Assembly: GCF_004010195.1 (NCBI RefSeq)
Contig: NC_057753.1
Location: 101,439 to 165,438 of the forward strand
DNA: 64,000 nt
Source: Chiloscyllium plagiosum
Taxonomy: Eukaryota
Direction: 5' to 3'
The notes beneath the pieces are model-generated. The model saw only the letters and a list, made by a program, of their open reading frames with translations, was not told the DNA's origin and ran no database searches. Of this stretch, positions 38,438 through 50,762 are shown one piece after another. Both the position numbers and the translations under genes were made by a program. Each line of letters opens with the position of its first letter. Position 1 is the first letter of the stretch.

Positions 38438-39174
38438 GCTTACCTCTTCCTGTCCTGCTCAGAGAGTGAGGGCTGAAAAATCTTCGGGTAGACAAGAGCG
38501 GAATAGGACGCAAATGGGTTTGATGCAGGCGTCCAAGGAAGGAGCTGGTGTCTGGAATGAAGGAGGATAAAATACAGCAGCGTGTGTGTGTGTGTCCCAG
38601 AGGAAGTGCATTGATGCTGGTCCCCCAGTTGCAAACGCCCCCTGGGTCTATCCCGTTGCAAAGTGCTGTCCTTCCAAACAAGACTGACACAGTCTGCAGC
38701 CAAACCCTCTGCTGGGATTCCAGGGGAAAGAGTTGGAGAGGGGGACTGCGCATGGGCGGGAGGACTGGCCACTGACGTCATAAAGAGCGATGTCCGGATT
38801 GACCAATAGGAAACCTTGGAGGACCGGAAGGAATTAGGTCCTCCTGCCAATCAGAGGCCCCCCCCCGTTGTCTGAATGCGGAAGTTGGACCATGAGCTCT
38901 TGAAGTTGCTGCTGCTGCTGTCTCTCTGAAACTGCGCATGGGCGGGAGGACTGGCCACTGACGTCATAAAGAGCGATGTCCGGATTGACCAATAGGAAAC
39001 CTTGGAGGACCGGAAGGAATTAGGTCCTCCTGCCAATCAGAGCCCCCCCTGTTGTCTGAATGCGGAAGTTGGACCATGAGCTCTTGAAGTTGCTGCTGCT
39101 GCTGTCTCTCTCTGAATGAAGACTGAGCTTCAGGCCAGACTGCAGCTTCCTTCCTCTGTCCAACATCTGTGAGT
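38438..39174. promoter_or_regulatory. Putative bidirectional promoter and first exons of genes A (-) and B (+), cassette copy 2
   Basis: TGCGCATG (NRF1-like), GGGCGG, TGACGTCA (CRE), paired CCAAT boxes and ETS sites, all doubled by a 186-bp tandem duplication; plus-strand donor GTGAGT at 39169, minus-strand donor GAG|GTAAGC at 38443. Confidence 0.75.
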
Positions 39175-41074
39175 GCAGCACCCTCTCTTTTCCCACCTCC
39201 TTTTCTCGTTCTGGAATTAAACTGTTGGCTTGCAGGGAGTGAAGGGAAAGGAGTGAATCAAAGGGGAGGGGGGCAAACTTTGGAAAGGGTGGTCTGGGTC
39301 AGTTGGCCAACATGGCAGATGCAGTTCAATCCGAAGTTGAAGACGTTTGACAGAAAGGAGGAGCTTTGTTTAAAGCGTGCCAAGTGGGCTGCAAAAACTG
39401 TCCAGTCAACCAAAGTCATCAGGCAGGTCAGCAAGCAATGAGCAAGGCAAGTGCTATATATTCGCCTTCCTCGTAACAGGAATCGAGCTTCGAAGTGGGA
39501 TGTCTTCCTGCAGCTGTACAGGACCTTGGTGAGGCCACACCTGGAGTTGTTGTTTCTATTTTTCTCTTACACCCTTTTACTCCCTTGGCTTTACATATGT
39601 AAGTGCCTGTCTAAATGTAGAGGCCCATTCCTCATGTTCAATGTGAAACGGGGTGGTTTCTTCAGGAGATGGCTATCAGTTAACTGGAGAGTATAGTAAA
39701 CTCTGTCATCCCTTGTTGGTGTAAACATTGAATAGTGCTGAGTCCTAAAGTCGGTCCAACCAGTCCATGCCAACCATAATCCCAAACTAAAACAGCCTGC
39801 GCTTGCCCCACAGCTCTCCAAACATTTCTTACTCATGTACACATCTAGATGTCTTTTAAATGTTGTAACTGTACCCGTATCCATCATTTCCTCTGGGAGT
39901 ACATTCCACACACGAACCACTCTCTGTGTAAAGAAATTGCCCCTCCTGTCTTTTTCAAATCTTTCTGTTCTCACCTTAAAATTATGCCCCCTAGTCTTGA
40001 AATCCCCCACCCTTGGGAATAGATACCTGCCATTCACCTTATCTGTACCCCTCCTGACTTTATACACGCCCATAAGGTCACCCCTCAATCTCCTGCACTC
40101 CAGTGAAAAATGGCCCAGCCTATCCAGCCTCTCCTTATTTCCAAACCCTCCATTCCCAGCAATAACCCTGGTCAATCTCTTCTGAACCATCTCCAGCTTA
40201 ATATTATATCCTTCCTCTAACCAGAACTGGACACAACACTTCAGAAGAGAGTCTTGTAGAACCTCAGCATGAGCATTGTAACAAACAAGGACAGATGCAG
40301 GAATAATAAATCTGTAAGGGGACCAACCGGGTGGGGCACATCTTTTCTGAGAGCTCTTTGTGTGTGCCACTCTCCACAGTTAGATTTGGATTTACAGCAG
40401 CTCCTTTGTCATTCTCTCCTTTCATCGATGGTGCAGCGACACAGTCTCGTGAGCTTTAGAAATTGTACCGGTTTATTTTCGGACTTCTATGTAGTCAAAG
40501 AGCAGGAGAGGCAATGATTGCGTACAGACCTTATTAAATCTATGGCTTGAAATCTATAAGACGTTTTTGTTTGATGGACAAACTGAGAAATCTTTACCTT
40601 GGTATCGCAGATTACAAATAAGGTGTCTCCAGTGTGAGCTGAGGAAGTTATTCTTTCAAGAGGTTGTTAGTCTGTGGAGTGCAGAAAGCAGTGAAGGCTG
40701 GGCACCATCGAATATATTCAAGATGGAGTTCAGCTGATTGTTTTGAGCAACAAAGAAGGAGATGGTTATGGGGGGAAGGCAAGAAAATGGTTTAAAGATC
40801 ACAATAGAACAGTTCCGACCTGATCAGTGCTGGCGCAGGCTCCAAGAGACCCCTGCTCCCGATTCTGTGTCCAGGGGTGTCAGCATCAATCAGCATCAAT
40901 CCGACCCTTCAGGATGAGGTACAGCAGAGCGGGAGATTGAGGGCGAGTCTGTGGGATGGAGATTTGCAGCTTTTGAGGGAATGAGAGAGAAAAAAGGTTT
41001 TGTGGAAATTAGAATTGGCTGTTCGGAATTTCTTTGGCGTCTTCAGTACTGACAACAATGACTTCTTTTCACAG
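39169..41074 (+). other. Predicted intron 1 of gene B
   Basis: GTGAGT donor; acceptor cttcttttcacag|gattct, homologous to the gene C acceptor ccatttgcag|gatatc. Confidence 0.6.
39745..40260 (-). mobile_element. CR1 LINE 3' fragment in the gene B intron
   Basis: SLECRRLRGDL...NFFTQRVVRVWN. Confidence 0.85.
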
Positions 41075-41313
41075 GATTCTGGGAGGGGAGGATTTGCGAA
41101 TGGGGAGCCGAAACCGAACGTCTGACAGAGTAATTTGGGGCACGTTGGTCGAATTGAGTTTGGAATATCTTGGAGAGAATTGGCATGTAATCGGAACTCG
41201 GTGAGCCTAGGCCAGCGCTCTGACTTTGAAGAATTGTCAGCGAGGAGAGACTCTGGATGTGTCCTCGGAGTGAATAAGCCTCCGGCTTTCCCTTTGAACC
41301 TCTACCCCAGCCC

Positions 41314-42072
41314 ATGGAGAAGCCGTGGAAGTGTGCGGACTGTGGGAAAGGCTTCCTCTCCCCGTCGGCGCTGGAGACCCATCGGCGGGTGCACACCGGG
41401 GAGCGGCCGTTCACCTGCCCGGCCTGCGCCAAGGGCTTCGCGCAGCTCTGCAGCCTGCTCTCCCACCAGCGGGTCCACACCGGGGACAGGCCGCACACCT
41501 GCCCCGAGTGCGGCAAGGGCTTCGCCCACTCCTCCGCCCTGCAGCGGCACCGGCGGCTGCACACCGGGGAGAGGCCGTTCTCCTGCCCGGCCTGCGGGAA
41601 AGGCTTCACCCAGTCGTGCAGCCTGCAGAGCCACCGTCGGGTCCACACCGGGGAGAGGCCGTTCTCCTGCTCGGCCTGCGGGAAAGGCTTCACCCACTCC
41701 TCGGCCCTGCTGAGGCACCGGCGGGTGCACACGGGCGAGAGGCCCTACTCCTGCCCCGCCTGCGGCAAGGCCTTCAGCCAGCTGTGCAGCCTGCAGACCC
41801 ACCGACGGGTCCACACCGGGGAGCGGCCCTTCCCCTGCCCCGAGTGCGGGAAGGCCTTCAGCGACTCCTCCGCCCTGCGGAAGCACCAGCGGGGCCACAC
41901 CGGCAAGCGGCCCTTCAGCTGCCCCGAGTGCGGGAAGGCCTTCGTTCAGTCCTCCCACCTGCTGAGGCACCGGCGGGTCCACACCGGGGAGAGGCCCTTC
42001 GCCTGCCCCGTGTGCGGGAAGGGCTTCACCCGCTCCTCCCACCTGCGGAGGCACCAGCCGGTCCACAGCTAA
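41314..42072 (+). CDS. C2H2 zinc-finger protein (gene B), 252 aa, 9 tandem fingers
   Basis: ORF MEKPWKC... with nine intact fingers and TGERP linkers; good Kozak context (cccATGg). Confidence 0.93.
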   Translation: MEKPWKCADCGKGFLSPSALETHRRVHTGERPFTCPACAKGFAQLCSLLSHQRVHTGDRPHTCPECGKGFAHSSALQRHRRLHTGERPFSCPACGKGFTQSCSLQSHRRVHTGERPFSCSACGKGFTHSSALLRHRRVHTGERPYSCPACGKAFSQLCSLQTHRRVHTGERPFPCPECGKAFSDSSALRKHQRGHTGKRPFSCPECGKAFVQSSHLLRHRRVHTGERPFACPVCGKGFTRSSHLRRHQPVHS

Positions 42073-42584
42073 CCAGGTTGCGCCTTTGCCAATCCGGCCC
42101 AGGGTGGCTGTGCGCCGCGTCCCATTCTGACTGTGGACGAAGTGGGAAGGGTTCCCTTCTGCTGGATTGGCTGCTGTCACTTTATTTGCAGTGAGGGCCT
42201 GATGCCCTTTGAACCCAGCGCGCTCCTGCGGAAACTAGCCGCGGAGGTGGCGGGGGGGTCCACCTGTTGCTGAGTAACGCTGTGGATGCTTCTCCCCCTC
42301 GCGTCAGGACACATGCGCAAGAATGCCAAGCCTCCGAGGGAACGGCACTCTATTCTGGGCCAAGTGAGGGCTGCTGATTGGTCCCTCCGATTGGTCGAAG
42401 TGACCACCAACAATTGTTCCCCCTGTTGTATTAAAGATGTAAAATATTCATTGTATCGTTTAGGAATGTGGATTTTAAAATGGTGACAAAAATGCACATT
42501 TCAATTTTGTGAGGGTGGCATTTTTTTGTCTCTTTAGAGACCAGGGAGCTGCTTTTTCTTTTGGGGGGGGGGGGGGAATGTCAG

Positions 42585-44592
42585 AGAATGCAGCAGAATA
42601 CAGATGGATTGCAGAGTCGAGTGGAGAAATGGGCAAATGGAGTTCAAATGTGAGGCGATGCATTTTGGAAGATCCAATTCAAGAGCGAACTATACAGTAA
42701 ATGGGAAAGTCCTGGGGAAAACTGATGTAGAGAGGGATCTGTGTGTTCAGGCCCATTGTTCCCTGAAGATGGCAATGCAGATCAGTAGAGTGGTCAAGAA
42801 GGCATATGGCATGCTTTCCTTCATCGGACAGAATATTGAGTCCAAGAGTTGGCAGGTCATGTTACAGTTATATAAGACTTTGTTTCGGCCACATTTGGAA
42901 TACCTCGTACAGTTCTGGTTGCTACATTACCAAACGTTTGGAGAGGGTGCAGAGGAGGTTCACCAGGATGTTACCTGGGATGGAGGATGCTAACTATGAA
43001 GAGAGTTTGAACAGATCAGGATTATTTTCATTGGAAAGACGGAGGTTGTGGGGGGACCTGATTTGAGGCCAACAAAACCATGAGAGGGATAGACAGGGTG
43101 GATAGCAAGCAACCTTCTCCCAGAGTGAGGGACTCAATTACTAGGAGTCACGAGTTCAAAGTGAGAGGGGAAAGGTTTAAGGGAGATATGTATGGAAAAT
43201 TCTTTACACAGAGGGGGCTGGGTACCTGGAATGCGTTGCCGGTAGAGGTGGGAACGATAGCGTCATTTAAGATGTATCTCGACAGATACACGAAAGGGCA
43301 GGGAGCAGAGGGATACAGATCCTTAGAAAATAGGCAGCAGGTTTGGATAGAGGATCTGGATTGGCGCAGCCTTGGAGGGCCGAAGGGCCTGTTCCTGCGC
43401 TGTAAGGTTATTTGTTCTTTGCATACAGAAATTGTATCTTGCTGAGATGATTGATGTTTTGTTGTGAAGAGGTGATACGGAAGATCGATGGAGGTAGGGC
43501 GATAGACGTTGTCTGTATGGACGTCAGCACAGTATTGGGCAAGGTTCTGCGTGGTGGACAGGTTAGTAAGGTTCGATCACCTGGGAGCCAAGCGCAGATG
43601 GTCATTTGTATACAGAACTGGCTCGAAGGTAGAAGACAGAGGGTGGTGCTGGAGGGTTGTTTTTCAGACTGGAGGCCTGTGACCAGTGGAGTGCCACAAG
43701 GATCGGTGCTGGGCCCTCTACGTTTATATAAAATGATTTGGATGTGAACATACAAGGTATAGTTGGAAAGTTTGCAGATGACACCCAAATTAGGTGGTGT
43801 AATGGACAGCGAAGATTATCTTAGTACAATGGGATCTTGATCAGCTGGGCCAGTGGGCTGAAGAGTGGTGGATGGAGTTTGATTTAGGTAAACGTGAGGT
43901 GTTGCATTTTGGGAAAGCGAATCATACCAGAATTTATACACTTAATGGTAAGGTCCGAGGGAGTGTTGCTGAACAAGGAGACCTTGGAGTGCAGGTTCAT
44001 AGCTCCTTGAAAGTGGAGTCGCAGATAGATAGGATAGTGAAGGTGGGCGTTTGGTTTGCTTTCCTTTATTGGTCAGAGTATTGAGTACAGGAGTTGGGAG
44101 GTCATGTTGTGTCATATTGGTTAGGACACTGCATACAATTCTGGTCTCCCTGCTACAGGAAGGATGTGTTATATTTGAGAGGGTGCAGAAAGTGACATTG
44201 CCGCGACGGGAGGGTTTGAATTATAGGGAGAGGCTGGGGCTGTTTTCCCTGGAGCGTCGGAGGCTGAGGGGTGACCTTTATAGAGGCTTACAAAATCATG
44301 AGGAGCATGGATAGGATAAATAGACAAAGTCTTTTCCCTGGGGTGGGGGAGTCCAGAACTAGAGGGTCATAGGTTTAGGGTGAGAGGGGAAAGATATAAA
44401 AGGGACCTAAGGGGCAGCTTTTTCACGCAGAGAGTGGTACGTGTATGGAATGAGCTGCCAGAGGATGTGGTGGAGGCTGGTACAATTGCAACATTTAAGA
44501 GGAATCTGGATGGGTATATGAATAGGAAGGGTTTGGAGGGATATGCGCCAAGTGCTGGCAAATGGGAGCCGGTCAAATTGGGATGTCTGGCC
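42585..44592 (+). mobile_element. Two adjacent CR1 LINE 3' fragments (42585-43420, 43440-44592)
   Basis: [15 protein letters not shown] and FFTQRVVRVWNELP motifs; multiple frameshifts. Confidence 0.9.
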
Positions 44593-45246
44593 TGTTATGG
44601 ACCAGACCAAACCCCCTCAAAGTATATTCAGAAGATAGCCTCGATCTGAACTTTCTCTGATTATAAAGGCAAGTGCCTGGCGTTGCTTTCCGGATTCAAT
44701 TCGATTGGTCAAACAGCCAACCTTGAAGCAAAACACACTTTATTCATCCACTACGTTAAAATACAGTGAATGAAAGAACACATTGGAATAACTTAACACT
44801 GTAGGAAAGCTTAACAGAATAATAGATGATTTACCTGCTAAACAGCATTTGTTCCATTATAGTAACATCCCATATTCAACTCCTTGGCGAAAGGCAAACT
44901 CTGTAAAATAGATTGTCTCACAGGCACTTCACCAGTGCAGGAGGATAAAAAAACAAGAGAAATCTGAGAGAGAGAAGAGAAGAGAGAGAGGTGTACTGCA
45001 ACTTCCAAACCCCAGCTTCAAGACCCCAACAACTGCTACCGAAAAACTAACACTCAACAGCCCTGACTCTGGGGGAGCTTGACCCCACCCATTCAGGCTG
45101 CTTCTATTGTTCCAACCCTTTTAAAAAGAAACCCCAAGGTCTCAAATAAATTGGATTCAAATAAATGACTCAGTGCCCCTATGTTAGAACTTTCTTTTTA
45201 AAACAAAAGACCTCAAATATAGCTCTTAAAGCATAATATCGTCACA
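44593..45246. mobile_element. Solo LTR (family Y) inserted in a CR1 3' tail
   Basis: TGTTAT...GTCACA termini, flanks ggcc/ggtc; the CR1 tail resumes at 45247. Related copies at about 47730-48559, 53855-54020 and, inverted, 37413-37940. Confidence 0.75.
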
Positions 45247-45769
45247 GGTCAGCATGGACGAGTTGGACCGAAGGGTCTGTTTCTGTGTTTTGTCATCATC
45301 GAAGGCATGTGTCTTAATTTGATGCGTTGAGCAGGTACCTGTGGAGTTAATTGATGAAGTGTTTTCAATGAGGATTTTATGATATAAAACAGGAGAGACA
45401 GTCCGAGACCACGAGCAGTATGTGTTTAGAAGAATCAGCTTTTTGTTCAGAGAAAGTTCAGAGTGTCATCCAAACGGGATGTCAGTCTGCTGTCATTGCA
45501 ACCACCTGGTTGGGAGAAGTTTGCAGAAGTCTCCTGGCTGTCGGAACCAAAACGGAATCCGGGTCCTCCGAACTGGAAAAACATCTCCAGGTCATCAAAA
45601 CTGGAAAGGCTCATTTGAGGAAGGAATCCTCACATTAAGATAAGAGTGATGCTTCACTTGGCTTGAGCATCTGTCAAGGATGTTGCTGGGAAATGGGTTG
45701 AATTTTTTTTAACAGAACCCCTGATGCTCCTGTTAATTTTGTTTTACACTACAGCCTAACTGTGGAACT

Positions 45770-46045
45770 GCTTATTTTTCCCCAGCACCCATGCTGTGTG
45801 TGTGCAGGTGTGAGACACGGTAGAAGACACGAGGTGTACAAATCTTTATTCCACTTCCCCCACCAGGAAGAAAGGAAACACCTGAGTGGCCAGTGACAAG
45901 CAGTGCCCTTCATATCAAACCGTGATCAAACAGTGAAGGGGAGGGCAGGGATTAAATCAAAATAGAGTAGGAGGGGGAAATAATACACTCTGTTCTCTGC
46001 AGCACCCACCTCTCCTTGAACAGCTCAAGGGTGTTGGTGGAGACC
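45770..46045 (-). mobile_element. Second copy of the Tx1-like 3' end
   Basis: Colinear with 63602-63842 (NTLELFKERW...). Confidence 0.6.
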
Positions 46046-46902
46046 AGTTGAACCTTTCCTGTGCTGTTTACGTTGAGATCTTTCAAAATTGGCATTTATG
46101 TAAAGCCTCTTGTTTTTCTTTGCTTGATTACGATGAACCTGTGTTGCTTTGGTAGAGGAATTGGCAGTCAGGCGTGGATCTGTTTGGTAACTATCCATCA
46201 ATCTCAGAAATAAAACTTATGGTCTGTCTGTCCAGGTTCCACACTGAGATCTGATTTTTTTTTTTCCCCAGGATTATCATCAGGTAGATTCATAACAAAA
46301 TAGGAAGTCTCTTGAGGACCATCTCTGAGTCTTTTCAAGAAGTGAGTGTGTGATTTGATCTGATTTATTATTGTCACATGTACCTGGGTACAGTGAAAAG
46401 CGGGAGAGAGTGGGGACTTCTGGTCAAAGTAGATTGGATTCTTGATTAACGGATATTAAATAGATGACTTTTTCTTCTGTGTTCTGCTTGGTTACACGAT
46501 TAATAATAAATGGTTATTTTTTTAAAGTGTTCTCAAACTTGGCATCCAAGATCTGGTTGGGGACAATTGGGCAATTTTGATTTGAGGGTCATTGAATGTT
46601 TTGATTCCAGGGTGTAGTGAATGCAGTGATAGCGAGCTTCACTTGGTTGAGTTTGCTATCCCCTGTGCTATATTTGTGACTTTTGCTCAGCCTCTGATGT
46701 CAAATCTCTGATGTTGTGCATTAGAAGGAGTAGTGACCAGTATTGTTAGAAACTATAAACTTTCTCGGGACTGGAAATATTGCATTGTTTCATTGGTATT
46801 GTGTCACTAAGTGACAGGCAGTACTGGGAGGTGTAGGTTATATTAATTTCAAATTAATTTGCACACGCTTAACACATTAGAGACCGCAGGGCTGGTCAAA
46901 CA

Positions 46903-47560
46903 GTCATAGAGATGTACAGCACGGAAACACTGCAACTCATCCATGCCGACCAGATATCCTAAAATAATCTAGTCCTATTTGCCAGCATTTGGCCCATATC
47001 CCACTACACCCTTCCTATCCTGTACCCATCCAGGTACCTGTTGTAATTGTACAGACCTCCACCACTTCCTCTGGCAGTTCATTCCGTACACGCACTACCG
47101 TCTGTGTGAAAAAGTTGCCCCTTAGTCTGCTTTTAACTCTTACCCCTCTCACTCTAAACCTATGCCCTCGAGTTCTAGACTCCCCCACCCCAGGGAAAGA
47201 CCTTGTGTATCAACGCTATCCATGCCCCTCATGATTTTATAAACCTCTATAAGGTCACCCCTCAGCCTCCGATGCTCCAGGGAAACCAGCCCCACACTAT
47301 TCAGCCTCTCCCTGTAGCTCAAACCCTGCAAGCCTGGCAACATCTTTGTAAATCTTTTCTGATCCCTTTCAAGTTTTGCAACATCCTTCCCATAGCATGC
47401 AGTATTCCAAAAGTGGCTTTGCCAATGTCCTGTACAGCTGCAACACGACCTCCCAACTCCTTTACTCAATGCACTGAGGCAAGCATACTAAATGCCTTCT
47501 TCACTATCCTGTCTACATGCAACTCCATCCAATTTCTAGGAACTATGAACTCCAAGGTCT
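46903..47560 (-). mobile_element. CR1 LINE 3' fragment (others at about 6812-7345, 13760-14115, 26515-26920, 51365-51860, 52050-52610, 54100-54452, 58140-58590)
   Basis: Same C-terminal CR1 ORF2 motifs and tail. Confidence 0.85.
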
Positions 47561-47729
47561 CGAAAGTGAGCTCTGCAGTTTGGAGCCCAGCACCAGTGGG
47601 ACTAGGTTAGGTTAGGATATCTGGTCAGCATGGATGGGTGTTGGACTGAAGGGTCTGTTTCTGTGCTGTACAGCTCCATGACCTAAGACTCTTGCGTGTT
47701 GAATGCAGAAGGTGGGAGATTCTGGATGT

Positions 47730-48559
47730 TGCTGTGGACCACACCAAGCCCCCTTCAGATTTGTCAAGGAGATAGCCTGGACCCGAAGCCTCTTCTTATT
47801 TAAAGGTAAAGTAGAAGATGCTGTGTTCTGAATGCAATTCAATTGGTCACACTGCTTGGATTTAAGCAAAACACATTGCATTCTGAATTGGGAGTGTGGT
47901 GCTGGAAAAGCACAGCAGGTCAGGCAGCATCCGAACAGCAGGAGAGTTGGTGTTTCGGGCTTTTACCCAAAACATCGATACTCCTGCTCCTCGGATGCTG
48001 CCTGACCTGCTGTGCTTTTCCAGCACCACACTCTCGACTCCAATCTGCAGTCCTCACTTTTGCCACACCGTATTCTTATTCTATGGTTAAAATACAGCGG
48101 GAAGAAAGAAAAATTGGTATAACTTTGCTTTATTGGAAAACTGAACACAACAATAGATTGTTTAACCATTGAACAGCAACTATTCCAATATAGTAACATG
48201 CCATAATCACGCCCTTGGCAAAGGCAAATTCAGTGAAATAAATATGCGATAGCAGGAAGGGAAGCTTTTAGGTGTAACAGAGAGAGATGTAGCAGTTTCC
48301 CCCCCCCCCCCCCCCCCAAAAAATGACTGAAAGCTAAACTAAATCCCTGGTTGTGTGGGGAGCCTGACACCACCCATTCAAGCTGCCTCTATTGTTCCCA
48401 CTTGAATAAAAAAAAACAATACACCCAGGGATCTCACAAGCTGCTTATCGGCTTGGACCAGACAGCTGGGGACCTATGGCTCAAAACCTCTCTCTGATTT
48501 TAAAAAAGAACAACCCAGGACAAAATACATCTCATAATAAATCTCATAGTATTGTCACA
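47730..48559. mobile_element. Solo LTR (family Y) with nested PLE fold-back
   Basis: Colinear similarity to 44593-45246, ending ...ttgtcaca. Confidence 0.6.
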
Positions 48560-50294
48560 GAGGAGGGCATTTTTAGAGAGTGATCCACCAGCCCACAAAC
48601 AGTAACCACAATGTGAGACAAGAAATAATGGGAGCTTCAGTTGGGTGAATAGCAGTAATTACAGGTAATTGTAATTGACGTGTAGATTGCAAAAAAGAAA
48701 TCCGATTGGCAATAGTAACGTTGCTGAAAACTACATAAAAAGATTTGCAAGACAGTCTCTCCATTCTGGAAGTGACGACACGGTGGCAGTGATATCTGGG
48801 TGTCTGCTAGGATCCCAGGCTCTCCTGTTTTATCTCCCTGTTCCCATAGAGCAAGACATCTCTCCCCAGCTCTGCTGCCATTTCTGCTGAGCAGTTCCTC
48901 CCATGAACACCGTTCAGATCAATGAAGGTTTCCAACTGAGGGCACCAAACTATGTCAATCAGAAAGAGGTGGACACAGAGCAAAACTTTGCACAGGCTGC
49001 ACTCTGCCTGCATTCACCTCCAGGCAGAGAACCTGCACTGCGTCTGCTCTGGGCAGTCGGCCCACACTGCGCCCTCCAGCCCTTTGCAAAACTCTGAAAA
49101 GTCGAGAGTAGAGTGGTGCTGGAAAAGCACAGCAGGTCAGGCAGCGTCCGAGGAGCAGGAAAATCGATGTTTCATCAGGAATGGAGGGAGGGAGCATCGG
49201 GGTGGAGAGATAAATGGGAGAGGGGTTGGGGCTGGGGAGAAGGTAGCATAGAGTACAATAAGTGAATGGGGGTGGGGATGGAGGTGATAGGTCAGAGGGG
49301 AGGGTGGGGGAAGGTAGCAAAGAGTACAATGTGTGGATGGGGGTGGGGATGGAGGTGATCGGTCAGAGGGGAGGGTGAAGAATTCTGAAGAACCTCTCTC
49401 CCCTTTTAACAGCTTTCAGTCAACGAAGGCTGGCAATTTCCCGCCTCCCCCTCACTGGTTGACCATCTGGGACACTGAGGTATAATCCCAGCAGAGAACA
49501 AAACAAGAAAAGGGAAACTAAATTCGCAATGAGTGCAGCTAGTGCTTAATATTTGTTTGTTAGGAAGTACGCCAGAAATTGGGGGTCTCCCAGTCCTCTG
49601 CTTAAAGGGGAGAAATGAATAGAAGGGTTCACACCTGGAATGATCTTCTGCAGGAGAGTGGTGGATGCGGGTACCATTACAACATTTAAAAGGCATTTGG
49701 ACAAGTAAGGAAAGGTTTGGGAAGGATACAGGCCAGGAGCAGGCAGCTGAGGACTAGTTTACTTCGGGGTTATGGTTGGCATGGACTGATTGGACCCAAG
49801 GGTCTGTTTCTGTGCTGCATGACTCTGGAAGAGTGCAACACAGGAACAAGCTCTTCTCACCCAACATTTCTATGCTGGCCCTGATGCGATTCTCAACTGA
49901 TTTTTCTCCCCAGAGTTGAAATGCCTGATACTGGGGCGCGTGCATTTAAAGTGAGGGGGTGGGGGGTTCAAAGCAGTTGTGAGAGGCAAGTTTTTTTTTA
50001 CTCAGAGTGGTAGGAGTCTGGAATGTACATTGGGGGTGGAGGGAGGTTTAAGGGACTTTTGGGTAAACACAAGACCACGGGCAGGCAGACAGGATTAGTT
50101 TAAATTGGCATCATGTTTGGCACAACATTGTGGGCTGAAAGGCCTGTTTCTATGCTGTACAGTTCTATGTTTAATCCCCACTTGTCTGCACATGCTCCAA
50201 AACTGTTCCTTTAGTGTCGTAGGGTCAAAATCCTGGAATTCCTTCCCTGATGGCACTTTCTCTCATCCGTATATAACTATCAGTACCCATCTTT

Positions 50295-50762
50295 AGATTA
50301 GATTATATTTGATTCCCTACAGTGTGGAAACAGACCCTCCGGCCCAACAAGTGCACACCGACCCTCTGAAGAGTAACCCACCCAGACCCATTCCCCTACA
50401 CATCTCTGAACGCTCTGGGTAATTTAGCATGGCCAATCCACCCTAACCTGCACATCCCTGGGCACTATGGGTAATTTAGTACAGCCAATCCATTCTAACC
50501 TGCACATCCCTGGGCACTATGGGTAATTTAGCATAGCCAATCCACCCTAACCTGTACATCCCTGAACACTTTGAGTAATTTAGCACGGCCAATTTCTGCC
50601 TGCACATCTTTGGAGCGTAAGAGGAAACAGGAGCACTCGGGGGAACCCCACACCGACATAAGGGGGAGAATGTGCAAACTCCACACACACAGTCGCTCCG
50701 GGGCTGGAATCAAACCCAGGTCCCTAACGCTGTGAGGCAGCAGAGCTAACCGCTGTGCCACT
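50295..50762 (-). mobile_element. V-SINE with about 4 tandem 52-bp units
   Basis: Complete SINE with an internal array at 50410-50605. Confidence 0.88.

Noticed and set aside
41043..42194. Long antisense and alternate-frame ORFs over the ZNF genes (also 35853-36992 and 56311-56973)
   Set aside because: Expected by-product of GC-rich repetitive finger codons; no independent protein signal.
45290..46900. Possible LTR ending ...cataaca (about 46297) with internal retroelement sequence
   Set aside because: Left boundary, primer-binding site and coding remnant are too degraded to support a call.
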